Positions 1-7,931 of a DNA stretch of 64,000 nt are shown here, in pieces; position 1 is the stretch's first letter; each line of letters begins with the position of its first letter. A program made the translations under genes and the position numbers. This stretch comes from an uncultured Acidiphilium sp. (GTDB lineage Bacteria > Bacillota > Clostridia > Christensenellales > Borkfalkiaceae). Under the pieces are notes generated by a model. That model had not been told where the DNA came from. It did not search any database and was given only the letters and a program-made list of their open reading frames with translations. The stretch spans positions 23,645-87,644 of the forward strand of contig CABUWK010000003.1 in NCBI GenBank assembly GCA_902495325.1, read 5' to 3'.

Positions 1-272
1 CACGAAGCAGCCTGTTTGACAGCGAGGAAAAAATCCGCGTTCCGCTCTTTCCATTTTTTCATTAAAAGATGAACGTAATCCTTTTCTTCCGCCGAAGCCG
101 CCATTCCGAAATCGTGATGCCAACCGATAGACGGCAGATAGCCGTGACGGGTGATGGAATTCCCGATGATCAGTATTTTTATTCGTCCGTTTTCGTTACC
201 GTAAAACCTGAGCGAATCCGAGTTCACGAGTTGCCCTTTTGCGGATACGGTATTTTCTTTGATATAATCCAT
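1..272 (-). CDS. SGNH/GDSL-family hydrolase, N-terminal part only (the gene runs off the left edge)
   Basis: Absent from the ORF track because it is truncated. My minus-strand translation from the ATG at 272-270 reads MDYIKENTVSAKGQLVNSDSLRFYGNENGRIKILIIGNSITRHGYLPSIGWHHDFGMAASAEEKDYVHLLMKKWKERNADFF... ILIIGNSIT fits SGNH block I (G-D/N-S). The plus ORF 69..356 is its codon-aligned antisense shadow. Confidence 0.6.
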   Translation of the reverse strand, partial: MDYIKENTVSAKGQLVNSDSLRFYGNENGRIKILIIGNSITRHGYLPSIGWHHDFGMAASAEEKDYVHLLMKKWKERNADFFLAVKQAAS

Positions 273-286
273 GAATTTTTCATTCA

Positions 287-313
287 GGGGGCTGAAAATC
301 AGCCCCCTTTTAT
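287..313. terminator. GC-rich hairpin between the Big_2 lipoprotein gene and the SGNH gene (possible terminator or attenuator)
   Basis: GGGGGCTGA-AAA-TCAGCCCCC (287-307) forms a perfect 9-bp stem. TTTTAT follows on the plus strand. On the minus strand, where the flanking genes lie, the U-tract is poor. Confidence 0.4.
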
Positions 314-321
314 CTGCCTTG

Positions 322-3300
322 TTATGCGTTGTGCGGGTCGGAATCGAGGATCTTAAGATCGGCAAGATAAGTCACGATTCCCGCGCTCCCTTCCAGATAA
401 CTGCTCCAGAAGCTTTCCGGAGCAACCGTTGTGTAATCGATAACGATCTCGTACCAGACACCCTGCGCCATAGACGTAACGGCGTTGCCCTGCATGTCAT
501 AGATCTTCGCGTGGGAAACCGCAGTTACGAAATTGGTGTTTCCGCCTAGCGTAAACACGCCGTTATATTCGTTGCGGATTTTCAAAGAAACGAATTTTCC
601 TTTGAAATCGCCGGAAGAAACGCCAAGCCTTCCCGTCCACCAATTGCCGTTGTTGGTGTATTTATAGGCATTCGCAACTCCTTCGTACGTTCCCGCACTC
701 TCCAGAGTCGACTCTTCTCCTACGGAAAGATACTTCTCAATGTTTCCGTTGTCTTCCGCCACGTCCGCAAACGGATTTTCATCCGAAACCTGCAAATCGG
801 CGATATACATATTGCCACCGTCGAGCGTGATGTACCACAGCCAGTCTGTACTTCCCGTCAGATCGATCAGAACGGTATACCATACGTCTTTGGAAAGGGT
901 CTTTACAAGCTTTCTGTCTGCGGTGTAATATCTGATGTTTCCGTCGAAAGTCCAGCCGTTTTTGTCGTAAGAATTCACGTAGTTCACGGCGTAATAGATC
1001 GCCTGTTCGTTGTTGAGCCTTATTTTAAGCGTGATCGCCTTGCCCGTAACCGCAGCGTTGCCCATACCGAAGTCGAGTCTGTCGGCATACCAGCCCGTAC
1101 TCGTATAAAGATACGCCCCTTCGACGCCGTCGATCGCTTCGTTCTGTTTTGCAAGCGTTCCCGCCGTCTGAATCATCTTTGCGATATTGGAAGTATCCTC
1201 TTCCGGGATCTCGTAAGGACATTCGTCGAGCAAGCGAAGATCGGCTATATACATACTGCCGTCTTTATCGAGAGTGATATAGTTGATCCAGTCGGCAGAA
1301 CCGGAAAGATCGACGATAAGAATATACCAGGCGTTATCCTCCGTCTTTTTGACGTAGTTTCCTTCAAGGTCGAAATAATGGATCTGCTTATCGAAAGTCC
1401 AACCGTTTTTATCGTAAGAATTTACGTAATTTATGCTGAAATACGGTCTCGCCGCCCCGTTGAATCTCACCTTTAAAGACACGACTTTACCGACGTAAGT
1501 CTGCGCCTGAAATTCAAGCCTGCCGGTATAGAAATTTTCGGTCTTGTTCTCGTAGAGATAAGCGTCGGATACGTTATCGACTTCTTCGGTCTGTTTTTTA
1601 AGAGAGGCGGAGGTAGTCAGTTTTGTCGCGATCTCGGAATTGTCGCCTACGATCTCCGGATCTTCCTTCAGATAACTCATGTTTCTGATATATCCGACCG
1701 CGGGCGCATATTTGGAGCCGTTAAGACCGATATAAAACAGATCCCATTCGGGAAGATTCGCATCGTCGTAAGGCACATAAACAAGGATCGTATACCACGA
1801 ACCGTTTCCGAGAGGACTTAAATTACCGTTGGCATTGTATATCCTCACGGTTTCGTGTTCGGTTACGGACGACGTGATATTCATTTCGAGTTTCACGTCC
1901 GCTCCTCCGTTCACGCCCTTGATCCAGTTACAGATCCCGAGCCCGTTACCGCTTGCGATATAAAGATCGAACTTAATATAATGATACCCGTTGCCGAAGA
2001 AACTTTGCGGCTCGAACGTTTTGTTGTGGATATCGTTAAAAGTTATGGTTCCGCTGGAAGAAGTCGTCTGACTTCTGATCTTATAGGCATCTTTGAAACT
2101 GCCGTTTACCACTTTTTTCACCGTTACGGCTTTGGAACCGACGGAGATATTATTAAGGAAATCGTCTTTCTCGTCGGTAACTTCGGGATCGTCGACTTCG
2201 CCGATCGGGTGTCTCTCGTCGTAAGTACCGTCCGGAAGAAGATTTGCGGTGGTATGGAAAGCAAAGTTTTTAAGATATGCTTTCTGGTTGTTTGCCTGAT
2301 CAACGTTGATCGAGAAGCCCATCAGAGACCAGCCGTCGGTATACGTAGAGATATCGTAAACGACGGTATACCATTTTCCCGTAACGAGTTCGGTTCCGTC
2401 CGCCAGGCGTTTTCCGTCTTCGCCGTAAATATGGAGAAGATCGTCGTCGCCCGTATATTTTCCCATTGCCTCGGGACCGAATCTGTTTCCCGAAGCAGAC
2501 AGGTCATACATGCAATATGCGCCCGAACTGCTCTGGAAAGAGGACGGGATGTAAACCACGAAAGCCGCAGTGTCTGCAAAATAGATATCGTAGGAAAAAG
2601 TTTTGTATCCGTTTGCGAGGATACTTTCGAGCGAAGAAGATTCGGTAACCGCATTGTTCCAGTAGTTTCCCTTTTTGCCCAGCTTGTATTCGTAGCAATC
2701 CTTGAATTCGCCGTCGAAAACCTTGGTAAACGTGGAATCTTCCACACCTTTGAGCATTGCGCCCGCCTTATACTCAACCGTGTCGTCGTGAACGGTTACG
2801 GCGATGCTGCCCGTCACGTCGGTTCCGTGATTGTCGTAAACAAGCCTTACCTCGGCTTTTCCTACCGCTTTCGCCCGGATCGTCAACCCGTCGAGCTCGA
2901 TATAATCCGCCCCCGATTCGATTTCTGCGGTTATCGTTGCATTTTCCACCTTTTCGGCATTCACGAAAACTTCCGCTTCGATCTCCGCAGACGTAGGATC
3001 GACATCTCCCGCGATCGTCGAAAGCGAAATTTTATCGGATGCGGGTTTCACCGTGTCAGATTCTTCGACGGTAACGGTAACTGCCTTTGCGGCAGTGGTA
3101 AATCCTTTATAAGTCGCTCTTACCTGCATTCTCGTAACGCCTGCCGTTACGCCGCGGAGCGTTCCGTCTTCTTCCACGGCAATGATCTCGCTCAGCGCAT
3201 TATAGGTAAAGGTTACGCCGCTTTCCACGTTTTTGTCTTTATAAGAAAGGGAAAGAGATTCTTTCACGTCAACGGTTTTCCCTTTATAAACGGAAACGGG

Positions 3301-3657
3301 CGTTACCGACAGGACCGGTCTGTCTCCCGAATCGGTTACGGTCACCGGGTAAGTAACGGTAAAGCCGCCCGCTGTTGCGGTCACGGTAACCGCCCCCTCT
3401 TTTCCTTCCGCGGAAACCACGCCGTCTTTCACCGTTGCCACGGTTTCGTCCGAACTTTTCCATTCGATAAGCCCGGACAATCCCTCGGCAGGAGCAAGGC
3501 TCTTATTCTCGAACAAATCGAGTTCGGTTGCGGGCATTTCTTTCGTTGCGTCTCCCGAAGACGAACTTCCGTTATCGTCGGTGTTACCGCACGCAAAGAA
3601 GCACCCCGTTGATACGGCAAAGCATAAAAGCAATGCCAACAGTCTGATCTTTTTCAT
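322..3657 (-). CDS. Large surface lipoprotein: three Big_2-like Ig domains followed by five tandem beta-sandwich (CBM-like) modules
   Basis: 1111-aa ORF with lipobox MKKIRLLALLLCFAVSTGCFFAC. Big_2-type repeats are present (e.g. IEWKSSDETVATVKDGVVSAEGKEGAVTVTA). Of the five ~140-190-aa modules, the last three are clearly homologous (NYVNSYDKNGWTFD, WY..IDL.GS.DW..YITLD, MYIADL). Confidence 0.85.
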   Translation of the reverse strand: MKKIRLLALLLCFAVSTGCFFACGNTDDNGSSSSGDATKEMPATELDLFENKSLAPAEGLSGLIEWKSSDETVATVKDGVVSAEGKEGAVTVTATAGGFTVTYPVTVTDSGDRPVLSVTPVSVYKGKTVDVKESLSLSYKDKNVESGVTFTYNALSEIIAVEEDGTLRGVTAGVTRMQVRATYKGFTTAAKAVTVTVEESDTVKPASDKISLSTIAGDVDPTSAEIEAEVFVNAEKVENATITAEIESGADYIELDGLTIRAKAVGKAEVRLVYDNHGTDVTGSIAVTVHDDTVEYKAGAMLKGVEDSTFTKVFDGEFKDCYEYKLGKKGNYWNNAVTESSSLESILANGYKTFSYDIYFADTAAFVVYIPSSFQSSSGAYCMYDLSASGNRFGPEAMGKYTGDDDLLHIYGEDGKRLADGTELVTGKWYTVVYDISTYTDGWSLMGFSINVDQANNQKAYLKNFAFHTTANLLPDGTYDERHPIGEVDDPEVTDEKDDFLNNISVGSKAVTVKKVVNGSFKDAYKIRSQTTSSSGTITFNDIHNKTFEPQSFFGNGYHYIKFDLYIASGNGLGICNWIKGVNGGADVKLEMNITSSVTEHETVRIYNANGNLSPLGNGSWYTILVYVPYDDANLPEWDLFYIGLNGSKYAPAVGYIRNMSYLKEDPEIVGDNSEIATKLTTSASLKKQTEEVDNVSDAYLYENKTENFYTGRLEFQAQTYVGKVVSLKVRFNGAARPYFSINYVNSYDKNGWTFDKQIHYFDLEGNYVKKTEDNAWYILIVDLSGSADWINYITLDKDGSMYIADLRLLDECPYEIPEEDTSNIAKMIQTAGTLAKQNEAIDGVEGAYLYTSTGWYADRLDFGMGNAAVTGKAITLKIRLNNEQAIYYAVNYVNSYDKNGWTFDGNIRYYTADRKLVKTLSKDVWYTVLIDLTGSTDWLWYITLDGGNMYIADLQVSDENPFADVAEDNGNIEKYLSVGEESTLESAGTYEGVANAYKYTNNGNWWTGRLGVSSGDFKGKFVSLKIRNEYNGVFTLGGNTNFVTAVSHAKIYDMQGNAVTSMAQGVWYEIVIDYTTVAPESFWSSYLEGSAGIVTYLADLKILDSDPHNA

Positions 3658-3768
3658 ATTTCCTCCTGTTTTTCAAGTGTTCTCCGATCAAACGCCTTCC
3701 CGGTGTTTCCGGCAAAAAAAGCCTTTTTGCCATTGCAGCGGGATTTTGTCCAAGCGGATTTCCCTGAT

Positions 3769-5625
3769 TTATTCCGGTTTTACCGCGATCGCGCCGAAAT
3801 ATCGCAGACCTGCGGTTATATTGCCCGCCGCGTCGATCAGGTTTCTGCCCTTTATCGCAAGCGCGCCGACGTAACATTTTTCTTCTGCGGGAGCGAAACG
3901 GGTAATTTTTTCATAGCCGTCGAAATCACCGCTCAGATCGAATGCGGGGTCGAAACCGAACGCTTTGGAATCCGCCGCAATCTCGGCGAAATTTGCGCTC
4001 ATGTTATAATAAACGTTAGACAGAAACAGATAATCTTCCCCCATATCGGTAAAACGGATATATCCGTTATTCTTCACCGGGCTGTAAAAAATGTTGTTTT
4101 TAAAGTAAAACCCGTTCGGCGAAGACGAATCGTATTCGGAATCCCATTTCGTAACGGTCATAAGCGGCTGCGAGGAGTTATCCGTAAAAATAACCGTGTT
4201 GTTTTCGAAATATACGTTATCGCAGGGCCCCGCGACATGCATAAGCGCGGGATAATTCCCCTCGGTTTTTCCGTTACGGGCGAACACGTTGTTTCTTATG
4301 TATGCGCCGTTCCAGTCGGCTTTGCCTTTCATCGTTACGATTTTGCCGTTTTCGTCCTTGCGCACGTTTCCCTCTTCGTCGCAAAGGGCAACCTGACCGC
4401 CCGTATTGCAAAGCAGGATCCCGCCGCCGTCGTTATCGTGCGAATAGTTATAACGGAAAGTCACGTTGCGGCAACCTATATCGATATCGAACCCCTCTCC
4501 GTCCGCAGCGCCGTTCGCCAGGCGACAGAACGCCGCTTCGTTGAACTGCATTACGATATCCGAAGAAGAGATCGGCCACATTCCCACGTTAGCCGTTCCG
4601 CTTCTGCCGAGATAGTTTGCGTTATAGGAAACGTTTCTTTCGAAATATCCTCCCTTAACGCCTATCATAACGAGACCGTCTCCGCCCGTGATGTCGGTAC
4701 GATTTCCCACGTAATTTACGTTTTTCGAAGGATAATAACCGTGCTCGTCGTCACAATAAGGATTGACGCCCCAGGCAACGCCGATTTTTTTGACCCAGTT
4801 GCTCGTCATGAACACGCCGCTTCTCGAAACTTTCTCGATGCGGTTGTTCTCGACCCACACATTTTCGAGCCAACACGGCACCGTTCCCGAATCGGTATTG
4901 AAAACGATCCCTCCTCGCTCGTACACAAACGCTTCGTCCACTTCTTTCACACCGTTTTTGCCGAGTTCTCCGAGCTTTGCAAGATAGCTTTCTTCCCCGT
5001 CCGGTTTCACCCAGTTCCAGTTCACGTTGTGTATATAACAACCGGAAATAACGATATTTTCGTTATGCCCTTTCGTAAACACGTATATTCCGCGCAATCC
5101 CTTCGGATTTGTGATCTCGAGATTTTTCACTCTCACGTTCCCGCCGCTCACGTACACGGCATTTTCGTTGCCGTTTCCGTCGATCACGGCTTGCTTTTCG
5201 CCGTAAGACGACAGCATAAGCGGCGTTTTTTCGGAAGAGGAATAACCGCTTACTTCGACGGTACCTTTGAAAGTTCCTTTCAGAAAGATCTGCAAAGCGC
5301 CTTTTTTCGACTGTGTTCCGATCACTCTGTTGAGTTCTTCGACGCTCTTTTTAGGCGAAGTTTCCGAAAACCCGTCGTTTTCGTCGTTTCCGCCGTCCGC
5401 GTCGAAATACACGTCCGTATAAGCCCCCGTATTTACCTCGTCATACTTCGGCGCAAACGTAAGGTTCGCGTAACCGCTCAGATCTTCTTCCGCAGGCGGT
5501 TTTCCGCCGCCGGAAGAAGACTCCGCATCGGTCGGGCTTCCGTGATCTCCCCCCGGCGAACAGGAACTCAGCGCGCCCGCGAACACAAGGGCGAACGCCG
5601 CCAGAAATGCGATAAATCTTTTCAT
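3769..5625 (-). CDS. Secreted lipoprotein with right-handed parallel beta-helix (pectate-lyase fold), glycanase-like; paralog 1 of 3
   Basis: 618-aa ORF with lipobox MKRFIAFLAAFALVFAGALSSC. It shares these motifs with 10814..12409 and 12425..14323: NPKGLRGI, WGVNPY, GGDGLV, ANVGMWPI, DGEGFDIDI, YNYSHDNDGGGILLCN. Confidence 0.85.
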   Translation of the reverse strand: MKRFIAFLAAFALVFAGALSSCSPGGDHGSPTDAESSSGGGKPPAEEDLSGYANLTFAPKYDEVNTGAYTDVYFDADGGNDENDGFSETSPKKSVEELNRVIGTQSKKGALQIFLKGTFKGTVEVSGYSSSEKTPLMLSSYGEKQAVIDGNGNENAVYVSGGNVRVKNLEITNPKGLRGIYVFTKGHNENIVISGCYIHNVNWNWVKPDGEESYLAKLGELGKNGVKEVDEAFVYERGGIVFNTDSGTVPCWLENVWVENNRIEKVSRSGVFMTSNWVKKIGVAWGVNPYCDDEHGYYPSKNVNYVGNRTDITGGDGLVMIGVKGGYFERNVSYNANYLGRSGTANVGMWPISSSDIVMQFNEAAFCRLANGAADGEGFDIDIGCRNVTFRYNYSHDNDGGGILLCNTGGQVALCDEEGNVRKDENGKIVTMKGKADWNGAYIRNNVFARNGKTEGNYPALMHVAGPCDNVYFENNTVIFTDNSSQPLMTVTKWDSEYDSSSPNGFYFKNNIFYSPVKNNGYIRFTDMGEDYLFLSNVYYNMSANFAEIAADSKAFGFDPAFDLSGDFDGYEKITRFAPAEEKCYVGALAIKGRNLIDAAGNITAGLRYFGAIAVKPE

Positions 5626-5644
5626 CGTTTCCTCCTCGGTCTGC

Positions 5645-7927
5645 TTACTCCTCTGCCGCGCGGTAGCCTTCCGGCAAAGTCACTTTTCTCGTTCCGTCGC
5701 TGTTTTCCATCGTGACGAAGCCCCCCTTTACGGGAACGCTTATCCGATAGCGTACGGCTACCGTTTCCTTTCGCAAACGAACCACCTTTTCGGTTTCGTT
5801 CACTCCCACAAACCCGCTCACGACGAGAACGATCATATTCGCGGCATAAGAGCCGAAACCGTGATTAAGGCTGCACCGGATACGGTCGTGTTCCCACAGC
5901 GTACCCGTAACCGAAGCCATTTTATAGTAAGATCCCTTTGCGGATTCCAGGAACTTTTCGCCAAGCCCCTGTCTTGCAAGATAATCCGATCTCAGCATGT
6001 TGCCGATAAAGGCGTTGGATTTCGCAACGTTGGGATAAACTTTCTCCTCGTCGCGCGAAGGACCGAACTTTTCAACAAGCGTCCGATAGAGCCGGGGATA
6101 ACGATTTTTATCGGCGGTGCCGAAATAAAAAGCGTAATACTGGCAGGTTTCGGAGATATTTCCGGACAGCACGAGCTTTCCGTCTTTCCGGATCATATTG
6201 TCTTCGAAAAACTCGCCGTTATAAGACAGTTCTCTTATTTTTTCGCGCAGTTGCGAGGCTTTTTTCACGCTGTCGCGATCGCCGTAAAGCTTACCGAAAC
6301 TTTCGAGCGCGGCGGCATAAAGCATGTTCGACGGAAAGTTTACTCCCTTTACGTATTCGGCGTCCCCTGCCTTGGACCACTCGACAAACACCCAGTTGGA
6401 AAGATCCTCCAGCAGACCGAATTCGTTTTCGAATTGCCTGAAATACCGGACGACCTCTCTCGCCTTCTGCTCGCTTATCCCGATCAGCGAAACATCGTCG
6501 GTACGGATAAAACAATCGGCAAGTTCGAGCAGATAAAAAAGCATCCAGTTGGGGATAAACTCCACGTTTCCGAAATCGGCGGGATAGCACATCGCGAGAA
6601 TTCCCTTGCCGAGTCCGAGATCTTCGGGCTGAAAAGCATAATTTTCCAGAAAGTTCCGCTCTACCGTATTACCGCCCGTAAAGAGTTTTTCCGCCCGCGC
6701 CGAAAAATAGGAATCGCAAAGCCAGCCCGCACGCTCTCTCGAAGGGCAATCGGTCAGAACGTCGACGGCGTTCTGAGCCAGCGTATTTCTCGCCGCCTCG
6801 ACGATCGCGTTCAGCTTTTCGTCGTCGCAACGGAAAACCAGTCTCTTCGTTTCCGGATTTTCGTATCTTACAAGCCCTTCTTCCACGGCGGAAACACTAC
6901 CGGAAACCACAAGGATCTTCACGTATCTCGCAGTGTAAGGCTCGAAGGAAATGTGTCTGAACTCCCCTTTTTTTACTTCGTAAGAAATGACGTTTAATGT
7001 GTCGTTACGCCAGAAATCGACGGCTATAGGTTGATCTTCCGTTATTTCTTCCCGGTTGTCGATCTCTTCGAACACAACGTAAACCACGGAATCTTCTTCT
7101 GCCCTGAAACTTGAGGACAAAAACCCCGTGATCGAAACGGGATACCGGAATACCGCATATTCGCCGGCATGCAGTCTGCCGTCGAAAGCGCCGCATTTCT
7201 CTTTTTTATAGCCGTACCCGTAAACGTCGTCAAACGGGGCGATTTCCAGCTCCTCGCGCCGGAAAATTCCGATCGAATCGAGCGTAAGATATCTCACGTC
7301 GCCGAACTTATCTTCACTCGCTTTGAAAAACCTTCCTTTTTCGACAAAGCGATAGGTCTCGGCTTTAAAATCGAGATAAGCTACGTTTCTCGGCAGATAT
7401 TTCTTACAGGCAAACGCGCGCACCTTCGTTCCGGCGAATTTCGCGCCGTTTATGATCTCCTGCGGCGGAAGATCGAACCGGTAACTCTCGGTGAAACTAC
7501 GCTGAAAAGAGAATCTTGCAACTTTTCTGTATCTCTCCCGGAACACGCGGCAGTCTGTTTTTTCGTCTGTTGCGAAAATAATTTTTCCGTCTGCCTCGAC
7601 CTCGGCTTGCAGAAACGACGGCTGATCGAGCGAATAAAAACTTTTGCAGTTATATCCGGCTACTTCTATAAAAAGTCTGTTGCCGCCCTTTTCGCCCTGC
7701 AGTTTTATCTCGTCTACGCGATAGACCCCGTGAGCGGCGCGCGCCGGACCGTAAGCGACGAGTTTTCCGTTAAGAAAAGCCCTGTAAAAACAACTCGCGG
7801 CAGCCCTCAGCGTAAATTCACCGCAATCGCCGAACTCCCACGCGAAAACGCACGTGAGATTCATTGTTTTTTCTTCTCCGTCCGCCCAGACGGGAACGGC
7901 TTTCTGAAACGGTTCGTAATCAAACAT
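5645..7927 (-). CDS. GH78-like six-hairpin glycosidase (alpha-L-rhamnosidase family), cytoplasmic
   Basis: 760-aa ORF with no signal peptide. TDCPSRERAGWLCDSYF resembles the GH78 DCP.R(D)ERLGWTGD motif, and GTLWEHD...SLNHGFGSY is GH78-like at the C-terminus. It is a paralog of 26257..28401. Confidence 0.75.
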   Translation of the reverse strand: MFDYEPFQKAVPVWADGEEKTMNLTCVFAWEFGDCGEFTLRAAASCFYRAFLNGKLVAYGPARAAHGVYRVDEIKLQGEKGGNRLFIEVAGYNCKSFYSLDQPSFLQAEVEADGKIIFATDEKTDCRVFRERYRKVARFSFQRSFTESYRFDLPPQEIINGAKFAGTKVRAFACKKYLPRNVAYLDFKAETYRFVEKGRFFKASEDKFGDVRYLTLDSIGIFRREELEIAPFDDVYGYGYKKEKCGAFDGRLHAGEYAVFRYPVSITGFLSSSFRAEEDSVVYVVFEEIDNREEITEDQPIAVDFWRNDTLNVISYEVKKGEFRHISFEPYTARYVKILVVSGSVSAVEEGLVRYENPETKRLVFRCDDEKLNAIVEAARNTLAQNAVDVLTDCPSRERAGWLCDSYFSARAEKLFTGGNTVERNFLENYAFQPEDLGLGKGILAMCYPADFGNVEFIPNWMLFYLLELADCFIRTDDVSLIGISEQKAREVVRYFRQFENEFGLLEDLSNWVFVEWSKAGDAEYVKGVNFPSNMLYAAALESFGKLYGDRDSVKKASQLREKIRELSYNGEFFEDNMIRKDGKLVLSGNISETCQYYAFYFGTADKNRYPRLYRTLVEKFGPSRDEEKVYPNVAKSNAFIGNMLRSDYLARQGLGEKFLESAKGSYYKMASVTGTLWEHDRIRCSLNHGFGSYAANMIVLVVSGFVGVNETEKVVRLRKETVAVRYRISVPVKGGFVTMENSDGTRKVTLPEGYRAAEE

Positions 7928-7931
7928 AAAT

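Noticed and set aside
3658-3768. An internal terminator in the largest gap of the glycan operon (GGCAAAAAGG/CTTTTTTTGCC)
   Set aside because: The stem is A/T-rich and weak. I cannot distinguish a leaky attenuator from nothing, so I left it unannotated and treat the operon as continuous pending transcript data.
3703-5715. 670-aa plus-strand ORF, and similar ORFs at 1855..3612, 5861..6997, 7169..7948, 9090..9746, 11381..12607, 13088..13930, 16998..17828, 20932..22158 and 26722..27654
   Set aside because: They are exact codon-aligned antisense copies of well-supported minus-strand genes. Their translations are low-complexity and Arg/Phe/Val-rich, with no motifs, RBS or signal. The lack of TTA/CTA/TCA codons in the real genes explains them.
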